Source: Octopus bimaculoides (Eukaryota). From it: DNA of 64,000 nt. The translations under genes and the position numbers were made by a program. A model generated the notes under the pieces. It was given only the letters and a program-made list of their open reading frames with translations. It did not search any database and was not told the DNA's origin. Location of the stretch: contig NC_068986.1 in the NCBI RefSeq assembly GCF_001194135.2, forward strand, positions 35,803,459 through 35,867,458, in the 5' to 3' direction. Shown piece by piece: positions 1 through 13,419 of the stretch (position 1 is the first letter of the stretch; the number at the start of each line of letters is the position of its first letter).

Positions 1-66
<66 letters not shown>

Positions 67-1039
67 CCAATGGCTAAGTGGTGAGAAATTTTACTTCGTA
101 AGCACGACATTTTGGATTCGATTCTAGTGCACGAAATATTGACCATGTGTATATTTCTGTAGCCTTGAATCGGCACATGCCTGTGTGAAAATGAATTTGA
201 TTGTCCTTTTCTATATTCTTTCTGTTCACCCGTTCACCCACCAAAGTCATCAGTAAAGAACTCTTTTGATGAATATATGAACAAGAGACAAAAACTCCTA
301 TTAGATTCATTAGTCAGAAGTCAGAAGCTGAGAAGATGCAAAGATGTCGAAACAACGGCTGTCCCAAAGTCGCTTTACTCTAATAAATCGAGAGCATTAT
401 GAACATATTCAACGGAACGAAGTTGTTACCCATTGGCGAGATATAACATCGATTAACATATTCTCATTCGTATCTGCCGGAAAGTATTAGGAAAGAGTAC
501 GTATGGCATAATAATAATATATTAATGCATTCAACTTACTACACTGATGTTATTGACGGATATACACAACGTGTGAATGAAAAACTATGCAAGCTAATGG
601 GTATAAAGAATCCTAGAGTGGTGGGGCGCAGCGCATCTCAGTACAACTGTCGGAAGAAAAATAAGTGTAAGAAGAGAAAAAAAAAGGTAAATGAAGATGT
701 AAAAGATACAAAAAGGAAAAGAGGAAGAAGAAAAAGTAAGGTAGGTAGGAGAAGAGAAAAAGGAAGAAAAAGGAAAGAAAAGAAAAGAAAATGGGGAAAA
801 AGTAGGTGAATTGACAAAAAAAATAAATCATTCGATTAAATGCCTTGTGGTATTTAGTCGAATCCCAGAGTGATCGATCCTACTTTTCATTCAATCAAGA
901 ACCGTAGATTAAGTTCGAGAAATGTATTGAAATCGATTAGGCTGATACATAGCTCCTGCAGTCCAAAGTCTGCTGTTTTTCTTCATCAAATATATGAAGG
1001 ATATTAGTACATTCTCTTAAGTACATTTGCTAAAAGACA

Positions 1040-1140
1040 CCTAAGAGCCAAGAAAAAAATTCATAAGAAAACGCAGCTTTTAATCAGTTTGGATTGCCAG
1101 CCGCAACCTTATCAGTTTACTTATTCAAGCAATGCCTTCA
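1040..1140 (+). repeat. Old dispersed repeat with an inverted homolog at 3600-3710
   Basis: agccaagaa...taatcagtttggattgccag...atcagttta occurs here and as the reverse complement at 3600-3710. Confidence 0.7.
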
Positions 1141-1695
1141 GGAAAGGAGTAGAAACATCATATTACGCTGTTATTCGTCACAGAATATCTGCTTTTTCGG
1201 TCGTGTCGAAATCAAATATTAGCATATTGATATTCGTGTTTAGCAACCTTTCCTTACAACAAAACATATAACGACCTCCGTTAAATATACGGATTCATTA
1301 GCATTCCAGAATAATGAATAATAATAGAAGAAAAAAAAAGCAGCAAATACCAATACCATTGGAATCATCAAGTGAGCATGCAGGAATGAATTTTTAATGG
1401 TAGAAATGCTACTAAAAATGGAACATTATCAAAAAGAGGACAATAAAAAATGTTAACGAAGATGTAAGTTATTGTCATTTATATAATTGCACCGTGCAGT
1501 TTCGATTATATTCTAATGGAGTCAGCTGCCATCAAAATTAAATGAAATAACAAACACTTCAGGCCAAAACAGAGACGATTCCAAATCAGTTTAATCAAAA
1601 TTTCATTATGTAAAAGATATTTTCAAATACAACTATATGCCTATGTACATATATATGTATGTGCGTATAAAGTGCTTATCTGTATAACTGATGAG

Positions 1696-1746
<51 letters not shown>

Positions 1747-2919
1747 GATATAAATGCATAAAATCATGTGCGTGTATATAATTATATATGTACACAACTT
1801 ATATGAATAAAAATCATATATATAGTTATCAACATCTAATCATATATATATATTTAGTTATATACATATCAATATAAATCTATCTATCTATATATATATA
1901 TATTTAAAACAGTTTATATGTTCATAAAAGTATATCTTGTAAATGTACTTGTGTGTGCAATAGTATATACATATATAATTTATATATACTGACACATAAA
2001 TGTGTGAGTGTTTGAGTGTGAATGTGTGCGTGCGTGCGTGTGTGTGTCCGTATAATCTTACAATTTCTGTATTGAGTGTACAACCTTAAAATACCTATTA
2101 TGAAGTTTTTCGAAATTTTCTCCGACTGACGCCTTTTGCTTTTGAAGATAAAGATTAAATTTGAAAAGAAAGTAGAAAAATCAATAGGTATATTTTCATC
2201 TTGAAATTTTTGGATTACGCTATAAATATTTTAAAGTTGAAAATTATAGAAGAATAAGAAGGAGAATTAGAAAGAGAAGTAGACGGGAAAGAAAGGGAGG
2301 AAGAAGAAAAATGAAGAAACTAATGAAGAATTTTAGGCGAAGATGAATAAAGTGAAAAATAAAATAAAAACCGTCAACTATCACCATGCACAATATAATT
2401 GAAAAATTCGATCATTTTTAGAAATGATTTTGTGTTATAGAGGCAGACAAAATTAATCGATTTAAAATTGGCGCAACCGAATCAACTTATGTCTGAAAAG
2501 ATTCCTCTTTTGTATAATGACATGCCGTTTATTTCTTGGGGTTAGTGGAAATTCTTTGAAATAATCTACTCGTAAAACGAACTACCAACTGCTACAAATA
2601 TCAAGCAATATTTCTTTCATAATTTCCTGCCAATGATTACGTATATTTTTAAAAAAATCTATTTATGTATAAATCAAAATATAAAAATTGTTGAAGATTT
2701 TTCTGGCAACTAATTAACAGAGAAGATCGCTGCTTAGGTTACATGTCATCTCAATTGGTTTTTGCTTTTTTCTCCTATTCAATAAATGGAATTATAACTA
2801 GGTTGATTGGTGGAAAGGAAAATGACAAATAATTCACTATCACAAGCTGTTTCATGAAGCATACAGCACCTCAGGATCAAGTCGGCTTCTGCAGATATAT
2901 GCTAAGTTACCATCTTTCT

Positions 2920-3245
2920 GCCTGCTCGTGAAATTAACGTGCAAGTGGTTGAGCACTCCACAGACACGTGTACCCTTAACGTAGTTCTCAGGGATATTCA
3001 GCGTGACACAGAGTGTGACAAGGCTGACCCTTTCAATTACAGGCACAACAGAAACAGGAAGTAAGAGTGAGAGAAAGTTGTAGTGAAAAAGTACAGCAGG
3101 GTTCGCCACCATCCCCTGCCGGAGCCTCGTGGAGCTTTAGGTGTTTTCGCTCAATAAACACTCACAACGCCTGGTCTGGGAATCGAAACCACGATCTTAT
3201 GACCGCGAGTCCGCTGCCCTAACCACTGGGCCATTGCGCCTCCAC
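2920..3245 (-). mobile_element. tRNA-derived SINE, family A, 3'-truncated copy
   Basis: Minus strand starts tggaggcgcaatggcccagtggttagggc (A box) and has gtttcgattccc (B box). Near-identical to 10570-10950 and 13861-14243. Confidence 0.9.
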
Positions 3246-4203
3246 GATTATAAATATAGTATAGGTACAATACCACCTTTCTGATATTGATAGTCCGGAA
3301 TCCCTTCTAATCCGCAAAAAATTATGAACAGGAAATTCATGTTCCAACAGCTGCCAGAGTAGTTTACTGGTCTCTTTCACGGACCAGTACCAAGCACAAT
3401 ATTACCTAGTACAATATTAATAAACTTGTAATCATGTATACTAATGTACAACTACCTGCATTTCATTTAATTGAGTAAATTTAATATTTGTTTAATTTTG
3501 AATGAGATCACCTCTGGTTCGGAAAAAAAATCAGTTTATCTGGATTGGCTTTGGAACCAGAGGTTCCGGAAAATCGATGTTGTACTTGCATAACATTTTT
3601 ACGTCTTTCCTCAAGGATAATAAATAAACTGATTTGATTACAACTGGCAATCCAAACTGATTAGAAGTCGCGTTCTGATATGAACTTATTCTTGGCTTTC
3701 AGGCATCTGTCAACAAGCAGGAATTGAAATCATAAAGAAGAGGCTAAATGTATTTAGCAAGATATTTAGTTTGGCACTTTAGTCAGATAAAGTATTAGAA
3801 TTTTCCGTGATAATGATTTTTATCTTAATCACAAAGCCCACACATGTGAAATCGAATCAAGTTCAAGAACTTATCTGATGGACACTACGACGTAGGGAGG
3901 ATAAAAGGCGAAGTTAAACCCGACATAATTTGAAGACAACGTTACTAATGTAATAAATGCTGGGCATTAGTCTGTCACCGAACCAACACTGTCAGAAGAA
4001 TATCGAACCAATGGCATATAAGCAACTTTACTCGACGGTAGATGGTTAAGCATAATTTGGATACTAACTTGATTTTGCAGTGCAAATAGTATTAATTCAG
4101 TGTAGCTGGAGAACATCTTTTTTCACTGAAGCTACGACAAATTTAAAAAAAAACATCTCTAAATATAGTCGTTGAGAAAATAATAAAATATATTCAATGT
4201 TAC

Positions 4204-4294
4204 CTTTATGGCTGTCACAATCTGCGAATGTAATTCCTTGGCAAATGGACACAGCTCTTTGAAAGCTGTCATGCCATATATTTTTGAGAGACAT
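4204..4294 (-). CDS. Candidate 91-nt internal exon of an unidentified gene
   Basis: Very strong acceptor (ttcttctgtttctgtctcttcacag) and AAG|GTAACA donor. Open as CLSKIYGMTAFKELCPFAKELHSQIVTAIK; a second frame is also open. Confidence 0.5.
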
Positions 4295-4797
4295 CTGTGA
4301 AGAGACAGAAACAGAAGAAAATAAAATTATTAGATTTTTATTCTTAAATTATTAAGAACAAAGTAAATGTGGTGGACAAAACAAAGAGAAACAACCTCAA
4401 GTAGTTCATGGTTTTCTACCATACATCTGTACAATATTCTTGACCCAGGAGGGTAACAGGCTAATCTAAACTATTACCGGAGAGCAGTGGAATATAGTTC
4501 GCCACTGTGGTTTGATTCGATTCCAATACATTCTTTGTTCTATGCTAACGACACTTAAGGAGTTATAAGCAAACTCAATACCCAGAAGGATCTGAAAACA
4601 GAGACTTGAAAGAGAAACCTAATTACCGAACAAAAAGATAAATCTGTGCATTAGCGTTTGTAGTATGTCTTTGCTACATCAATGCTTCCTTGATGTTTAT
4701 AATTATTAGTGGTAGACATTACTGAGCGGGAAAAGGAAAACATATCGAAGTTGTTTTGTAAGTTGTTTTGTATGTGTGTGTATAAATAAATAAATAA

Positions 4798-4800
<3 letters not shown>

Positions 4801-4872
<72 letters not shown>
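4801..4872. repeat. (CA)n microsatellite, representative of dozens of TA/CA/GA/TAA/TCTA tracts across the window
   Basis: Directly visible. Other long tracts include 1-60, 6293-6340, 21085-21130, 34851-34930, 40465-40545, 41746-41820 and 59979-60060. Confidence 0.98.
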
Positions 4873-4875
<3 letters not shown>

Positions 4876-5268
4876 ACAAACATACATACATAAATCTGTG
4901 TGTCCCCAGCTACGCATACAGAAATGTATATTTTCTTTCTCTCTCCCCTCATATACATATATATAAAGTGATCAATGGAATAAGAACTAGGCTTACCAAA
5001 ATTAAGTACTGGGGTCGATTCATATGCATGTATACTCGTCTATAGTTTCAGCAATGCAGATGTGGCTATGCTGGAGCATTATATATATAAAGTGACGGTA
5101 TGTTGTCAACTTAATGTGACAGTCCCATGAAAGGGAAAATGTTACTGCTATCTACCCCTAGTAAACACCGTTTCTTGTTGGCCATGACACATTTTCTGTG
5201 TCCTTATGTGTTCAAAGGGGAAGATAAGCACCTCCACCCAACAAGGTATATATATATATACTTAATTT

Positions 5269-5300
<32 letters not shown>

Positions 5301-5399
5301 CTTAATTTTGTGTATATATATATATATATATATATAGATTGCTGGGTTGAGGTGCTTATTGAAGAGAAGTGTAATTAATATAATTGCGTAGCTACAACA

Positions 5400-5640
5400 A
5401 CATAAATACTTTTACAAGCATAGATGCAATTTGTGTTTATATAATTTCTTGTTATGACCGTTGATCTTGAAACAGAGAGGTTTTGTGTTCATTTTAAGTC
5501 AAATGGTTTCAAGTTTGCTAAAGAGTTTTTAGATTTTGTGGGAATTAGGGAAAGGAGCGTCTGGTCGAGGAATAATTTTTGCTTTATTGGCGATCGCCTT
5601 GAAGTCGAAGATTTTAAACTAACGGAGACAACACTAGAAT
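5400..5640 (-). mobile_element. Probable Penelope-like remnant
   Basis: FPNSHKI*KLFSK...INGHNKKL resembles the PLE linker FP..HKLHKIFNRN...I..HNKK. Confidence 0.4.
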
Positions 5641-6289
5641 ATCACATGGGGAAACAAAATTAGATCTGGTTATGCAAATAATCAATTGCATAATCAAATT
5701 CCTGTACTTTTGGAGAACTACGTTGCGTGAAAAAATTGTAGTGATTAAAAAATGACTGTCCAACTGTACTCCTTGTTGACTCCAGTTTCTTCAATTTTAT
5801 ATTCACACACGACGAATGCTCAGTCAGGCTGACCATAACGTCTGGATACGTGGGAAATATTGCTAATATCCCGTGGGATAGGCTCCACGCTCACCAAATA
5901 TTAATCCCTTTGGCTTCTTTTAGTGGGATTATAATGAAGGAGAAGAAGTAATCAATAAAAATTAGAGATAGGAACCATCTGAAGGAAGGCATCATTAGTG
6001 AACGTGCTCAAATTAACGGAAGTGTGGAGTACTGCATCGGAATCTCACAAAGCATATCAAACTTTGCAACAGTAAAGATGAAAACCACGGCAAAAATGTT
6101 ATTTATTATTGTAGTTGAATAAAATTATTGAAAATATGCATTTTTGCTTATGTATCCTGATTTTACAGTTATCTTGGTTATAGATATACAAATATATATC
6201 AAACATTTCTCCCTCTCTCTCTATTCCTCTATCTATGTGCATGCATCTCTCTCTATTCCTCTATCTATGTGCATGCATCTCTCTCTATC

Positions 6290-6343
<54 letters not shown>

Positions 6344-6879
6344 TATGTGCATTCATATGTGCATATATATGTGCATATGTGTGCATGGTGTGTGTGTATG
6401 TGTATGTGATGTAAATGAGGAATAATGACATATCATGCATACTTTTCTCAAAAGAAAATCAAAATTATAAATGATAAGAAAAATGCGAGAATCATGTTAG
6501 TGGTAGGTCAGTAACACTTAAAACTTTGGAATTCTATTAGTCGACTCCTATTAACTCAATCATATATTATACTGGAGTGAAACAGAAATAGAAGCCAAGA
6601 TATTACGTATATATTCGGAATTCAAAAGTATAAGGATATAACAGAATCATAGTGTTCAGTTTGAGGATGTTGCATCAATTCCTGAGGGAAATTATAACCT
6701 GTGTGCTAGTATCTTACAGCTACTAACATTCGAAGTTAAGATACTGTCAGTTATGATACTGTATCGTAAAAACACATTTCATACGAAAGTTGACAAGCTA
6801 CTCCAATGGGAATTGTCGGTATAGAGGCATGTATGCGCTGAGACGAAAACATACATCTATCTATACGTACATATATAAA

Positions 6880-6945
<66 letters not shown>

Positions 6946-6990
6946 GCACACACACACACACATATATATGTATATATATATATTTATATA

Positions 6991-7031
<41 letters not shown>

Positions 7032-8694
7032 ATCATCTAAATGCAGGTAGATCCATACATGCGTACTTATGCACAGATAAAAATCTAGATGAGTATGTGT
7101 GTCTAGAGGTGTACGTTGATAAACAAAAGATTGACTATGCGGAAAATTAGTTCACTTCGCGAACACATTCTAGGTCTCTCTTCATGTAATCATCGTCGGC
7201 CTGCCTGGTGTGTGCTGTCTATGCTCTGTGTAGATGATGCATAATTTTGAAAAGTTAAAAGAAATGAAGGGTATTTATTTTATTTTCGAAAGGGTGAGTG
7301 TTCTTGGACAAAACTGAACCCTGGGGCACATCTTTCTGCCTCTGCCTCTCCCCTTCTCTTTATATATACATATGTATTTATACAAGAGACAGGCGGACAG
7401 GCAGAAAGAGAAAGGCTGATGGAAAATTAGCCAGTTAGCAAAATGAACATTTTAAATATAAAAGAAAATAGACACCATCTTTGGTCTTCAATTTTAACGC
7501 CAAATGTTAAAATCAGAACCAGCTTAACCAACGTATTACAAAATATTTTGTTTGCCCTATTGTTGGCGTGAATCATACATACAAGATGAAAATCTTTTGT
7601 GATAGTATTTTTTGGGCTAAAACTTATGTCACAAAGCTGGAAGTAGTTGCGTGGGATACAGAAGAGAAGGAAAAGTCGCAATAAAAACAAAAAAAACGAC
7701 AGAAGTTCTGAGCTTCAGGTGGCTGAATTGTGCTATGGAATTGCCAAGATCTTGAATCTGTCTCCAGTTTGGTTGCTATACAGCTTGATGCGTAAGGTGA
7801 GGATTGTAGGTAGCCTATGTGAGATACACCGCGACAACAACGATTCGAGAAAGCTACCTCAATCCAAGTAGTGTTAGACAGAATGTCTAAACTTTGAAGA
7901 AGGAAAAAAAATAAAACGATCTCACGGTTAATCGAGAAATACTTCAATAAGCTGCTGTTTTGAGGCATTAGGCAGCAAACTCTTGAAGCCTGATTATTCT
8001 GAAACTACTCTAGGCATTGCAGCATAAAAAGGAAATAAAAAAATAACAGCAAAACAATAATCCCCCACAGCAAAAATGCATTACAATTCATACATCAAAA
8101 ATCTCTATAGAACCTCAAAGCTTATTTGTTTTGAATATTCCATTTAAATGCATTTTATATACTTCACAATGACAAGAACAACATGAACGTCAGCAACAGT
8201 GGTAGCGGTAGAAACGATGTCAATATCGATGACGACATCAAGAACGAAAATACAGCAAACATTCAGAACAAAAATAATACAGCTGTAAAACACTAGCAAC
8301 ATTTTCTACTGACGTTTTGCTTTTAACAGCCATCTTAATATATTCAAATCACAGTTAGAAGTGGAGCTGGAAATGGCAAAAGAAACGACCAAGATCTTCT
8401 TTTTGTCGTGTTATATTGAGTTGTACTGGAGAATGAATAGCAATTTATAGGTTACCATAAATAGAATCGAGAAAGTATCACTATTTCTCCAAAATATTTC
8501 AATACCAAATTATTTGTAACTACAGCATACAAAAAGTTAAAAAAGAAAGAATCTATAAAAGGTAAAAATATTATGGGGGAATAAAAAGAAAAAAAAATGA
8601 AGAAAAGGTCAAAACATTTTCAAAATGAATGATCGACTGTGACATTTTCTGACCGATATTTTTACGACTTTCTAAAAAAGTACTGTATGATAAT

Positions 8695-8727
<33 letters not shown>

Positions 8728-8974
8728 AATAATAATAATAATAATAATAATATCATGTATAGCTTTTGAAAGAAAGAATGTCACCAATTATATTGATACT
8801 AATATTAAACTGTTGTTGAGGGTGTTAAACCGAGAAGGATGAAAGCCAAAGATCAAATTTGATGGGACTATATACTCCAATCATAAAGTGAGTTATCATC
8901 ATACAAGTTACTTTGTCCACACTGATACTTATGTGACAGCAACACTTCTTCTTCTTCTTCTTCTAATTGTTTTG

Positions 8975-9150
8975 GAATTTTGGCACAAGGTCGGCAATTT
9001 TGAGAGAGAGGAGTATTAGTCGCTATCCGGTACTTAATTTTAATTGATCTCGGAAGAATGAAAGACAAAGTTGACGTCCGTGAAATTTGAACTCAGGATG
9101 TATTCAGCCTAGCTAAATATTGCAAATTATTTTGTGCGCTGCTCTCACCA
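8975..9150 (-). mobile_element. SINE family B, old copy
   Basis: ttttggcacaaggtcggcaattt...gaaatttgaactcagga motifs. Confidence 0.6.
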
Positions 9151-10570
9151 TTCTGCCATGACTTTTTAGCAGTTGCTCTCAAAACAATGGTAAGTAATCA
9201 GAAGAAACTAATAACAATACATTGTAAGACATTCTAATCGAGCAGACCTTTGATAAAATACACTCCAGCTATGAGCGTTCCATCTTTTTATTGGTATGTA
9301 GGACTGTATTATATTATTGGCAATTTTCTTTTAAGCACGAAATAGAGTGATTTCCAAGATTTGGCTGCTATTTCTAGTTGCTGAGCGATCACGTAGAAGA
9401 TCCTTGGACGACAGTGTCAGTGGGAAACTTTGAACTTATTGAAATGTTTCTTCAGTCTAAAGCTTTTAACCCGCCATTCAAATGTCCCAGTCTATTTATT
9501 TTATTTTTACATTAAGAACTTAGAGAAAGCAAAGACTGAGAGGAATAGTCAATCCTTTGAATGTACGTAGCGAAAGATCGATTTCTTCCATTTCACAACT
9601 GGTAAGAGGATAAAGATTTATTATCAAACCAGCGAAGGGGAAGATTACACTTTTATTCTGTGTTTTTCTTTATATTTTAATTGTTTATTAAATTAGAGCT
9701 TTCATGAATAAATATTATGATGTGAGATCGAATAGAATAACTTGATGTAAAACCTGAAGCGTGAGAATTAACTCTGAGGATAAAGAAAGAGCCAAAACTT
9801 TCATCTTAATAGCTGTAATCTGCAATGATACCAGTACACATAAGTTACTGAGACACTAGACCTAATTCTAAATCTAAATAAAGGCTTAAATTAAAAGGGA
9901 GTTTCATAGCATATGTATCTTCATTATTTACATTGTGTGGGCTTTTTAGAATATTCTCTGGTCAATTCCTACCACTTCTATGTTTGTTATTAATCCTATT
10001 ATTTTCCATCGTTAAAAATCAGAGACAATCTTTAAAAGTTCTGAATTACATTTACGCCAACAATGAGGTATGACAAGACAAATTCTAATTAAGTAAAGAG
10101 TAGTAGAAAAGGCTAATTAAGTTGATAAAGCTTATACGAACCCAGCATATTTGCTCGTCCTCACCATAACGCATCCTCTATTCTTTAATTTTTTTCTTCT
10201 ATTTGAGTATGGATCAACATAATCATTATTTCTTAAGAAATATATCTTACTGTGTGCCAGAAAAAATACCAGAAATATCTAATCAACAATCAGTTGGCAC
10301 TCATTAAGATAAATTACTTCGAGAACACATTCTCAGTAAAAGCGAAAACATCAAAAGCAAAAACCGCCTCGCACTTTATTATTTTGCCAAATAATAACTC
10401 TTTCTTTTGTATCAGTGTAGTAAAGTTTGGCATTCAGCCTGAATCAGTTCGAATTTTGCAGACAATATTGTGCACGACACCAGAATTAGTCTATGTAACT
10501 ATGGTTAATGAATGTTATTACTAAGCTTTTACTAATGGTAACAGATAACTAAATAGAATGATTCTAAAGT

Positions 10571-10950
10571 TGTTGTTGTTGGCACTCCGTCGCTTACGAC
10601 GTCGAGGGTTCCAGTTGATCCGCTCAACAGAACAGCCTGCTCGTGAAATTAACGTGCAAGTGGCTGAGTACTCCACAGACACGTGTACCCTTAACGTAGT
10701 TCTCGGGGATATTCAGAGTGACACAGTGTGACAACGATGGCCCTTTGAATTACAGGCACAACAGAAACAGGAGTAAGAGAAAGTTATGGTGAAACAGTAC
10801 AGTAGGGTTCGCCACCATCCCCTGCCGGAGCCTCGTGGAGCTTTAGGTGTTTTCGCTCAATAAACACTCACAACGCCCGGTCTGGGAATCGAAACCGCGA
10901 TCCTATGACCGCGAGTCCGCTGCCTTAACCACTGGGCCATTGCGCCTCCA
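10571..10950 (-). mobile_element. Full-length tRNA-derived SINE, family A, with 12-bp TSD
   Basis: A/B boxes, (caa)n tail, and direct repeat tgattctaaagt on both flanks (10559-10570 and 10952-10963). Confidence 0.95.
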
Positions 10951-12599
10951 GTGATTCTAAAGTACGTTGAGTGTTAATAACAAAATTAATAAGGAAGATG
11001 GATGGGTTGTGAAATGCATCATAAAGATATTACCATAAACTTACACTTCGTGCAAAGTATGAAGGTTACTACCGAAGAATAGGGTCATCTACCACTGCAT
11101 TCGATTTTTATTAAATACAATTTCGAGGTTGTCTCATGTTTTCTTAACAAGAATAAACTATAACGTTAATTATTTTTCCATTTCAAGAGGGCATGTAATA
11201 AGAATTAATTAAAATATCGTTTCTATATTAATAAATTCCCACAACTTGTACTCAGCATTGCAGGTTAACGGAATACACTTTCATTTAACAGTGTTTCCAT
11301 TTCCGCAAACATGTAAATTATTAGAGCAAAGTGAATCAGGTTATTTCAGAGCTAAGTGCCTTTATAAATACGAAAGGTAGTACATATGACGGGAGTCGAA
11401 CTCCTAACTATCGAAGACAGTTGTGAATCTCTGACAATTACTTTCACAAGTAATCTTTCACAAGTACTTAGGATATCAGACAAGTTGATTATGGACTATT
11501 GTCTGCCCTGATCAAACAAATTTAAGACAAAAAACAAACTAACCTTCACCATTCCTTCTTCATTTATGTGCTGGGAATTCAGGATTACACTATCCAATAT
11601 GTTTTGTTTTTCAAGGGCATATCTGAGGCGACTTGAGAGAGAGTTTTGACTTACATGTTAATCGGTTACTTAGAGTATTCCCCATGGTTCGTCATGTGAT
11701 ATTGCTTTAGATTATGGTAATAAAAAGACAAATTGTGAAAGTTAAAAGCCTTTTTTCAAATACAGTATGTGAATTATCAAGCCAGACAGCTTTTCAGATT
11801 GTGCCGCTAAAATAAATGTGTGTAAAATGTTTTGCAATTTTCGTACGAATTTGAACGGATTGTTGATATCCTTTCAGGTAACCATTTAGTATTTTTATTG
11901 TTTTACCCGTTTGCTTGTTTCGGTTATTGAACTATAAGCCATACCGGAACACTGCCTATAGTACGAGACAATTATCACCACTTCCGCCACTCGGACTACC
12001 AGATCACGTGATTTCGGCCTGATTTGGCTTTTTAGTGATTGACATCAAGCGGCTGAAACTAGCAGCAACTGCGGATTTAGCTGTAGTCCATAAAAAAACA
12101 GACTCTGATAAGAAAGAACTGCGTTTCATTTCTATATCTTTTACGCAATGTTTATACGTTAGAAATGTTTACAGTTTTCTTATTCGTTCCTATATCAAAA
12201 TAATAGCAACAATGTTTTTTCACCTATCAACGAATCCTTCAAACAATACTGCAAAATAACACTTCTAAGCAATGTCTTCAAAGAAATAAGTTTACTGTGC
12301 AAAATAACTCAAGTCAAGAAATACATTTTATTTCTTATTATCAATCAAACAGTTGCTTATTATAGAAATAGACATGTGAACTTTCGTCCCACTCCATCAC
12401 CATCACCACCACCTCATACACATAGGGAATCTTTTGTTGGTAAGCTATGAAAGAAATACATTCCATTGTTTTCTTGCGAAAATACACATTTTAAGCTTTA
12501 CTGAAGCAGCAACCAGCGAGTGCCCACCTCCCAGCAAACAATATATACACAACCACACACCACACACACAAACACATACGTACACGCATGCGATCAAAC

Positions 12600-12960
12600 T
12601 ATACAAGAATTTCTACAGGTGCCGTAGGAAAGGATGCTGGTGTAATTTAGAATTTCTATCTATAATATTACATATTTGTAAGATAAATTTATTCATCCTT
12701 CACCATCGCATCTCATCATATACGAACATCGTGAAGATAGTTCCATTCTGTATCCTGCTTTATGTATTATTTGTTGTAGGTTAAATCCAAAGAAGAATAT
12801 CTTGACGTTTCGTCAGATCGGAATGTATTAATCTTTATGTTTGTGTTGCAGTCGGTCTTGATGTGGTTGCTTTGTCAGTGAGAATTTTCTCTCAGAAATG
12901 CATGGCTTTATTGTAGAAAGAAGAAGATTCTCCATATATCTTATATTTCTAAACATTTCC
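12600..12960 (-). mobile_element. Possible highly decayed Penelope-like remnant
   Basis: Weak pieces only: SFYNKAM, KRQDILLW, NSKLHQ. Confidence 0.3.
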
Positions 12961-13327
12961 GCCTATAGCATTACGTAAGCTAAAATCTCGTTTCTACTCT
13001 GAGACATAAAAATAGAATTTTATATATGTATGTATATATGTATGTATGTATATCGTCTTCGTATTTGCTTTACAATATACGTTATGTGAATTCATTCATC
13101 TATTGAAAACAATTTTGTTGTGTCTTGGGTGGGTAATTACGCCAATAATAATACACGCACTGGTCCAATAGCCTATCTTAATTGTTAGTCAATTGGTGGA
13201 ATATCTATACACCTGACTGATCGTTTGTTTAATATGTTGGTTAAACAATCGATCGGTTATGTTTTCTTTTCCAAAGTGCTTTCGTCGCTATTCGCGCTCT
13301 CATCAATGCCATGACTTCTCTCTTTAG

Positions 13328-13419
13328 GGTCTGCTTTGACGAAAGAGAGCGTGTCGTTGATGTGGGCTAGCGACAAAAGGACTTTGACAAGCATGCAACC
13401 GACTGATTGTTTAAACATG
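13328..13419 (+). CDS. Candidate 92-nt exon (coding, or 5' UTR ending in ATG) forming the 3' arm of a long hairpin
   Basis: cttctctctttag| acceptor and ATG|GTGAGC donor. Only one frame is open: SALTKESVSLMWASDKRTLTSMQPTDCLNM. Confidence 0.45.

Noticed and set aside
525-831. K/R-rich and F/L-rich ORFs
   Set aside because: Translation of a purine-rich low-complexity tract on each strand.
940-1030. Minus-strand exon-like peptide QMYLRECTNILHIFDEEKQQTLD, in phase with 4204-4294
   Set aside because: Its acceptor region belongs to a dispersed repeat with an inverted homolog at 3600-3710, and it has no convincing donor.
12797-12815. ctgacgaaacgtc hammerhead-like string on the minus strand
   Set aside because: No stem II between the core and GAAA. 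It lies in probable decayed Penelope coding sequence.
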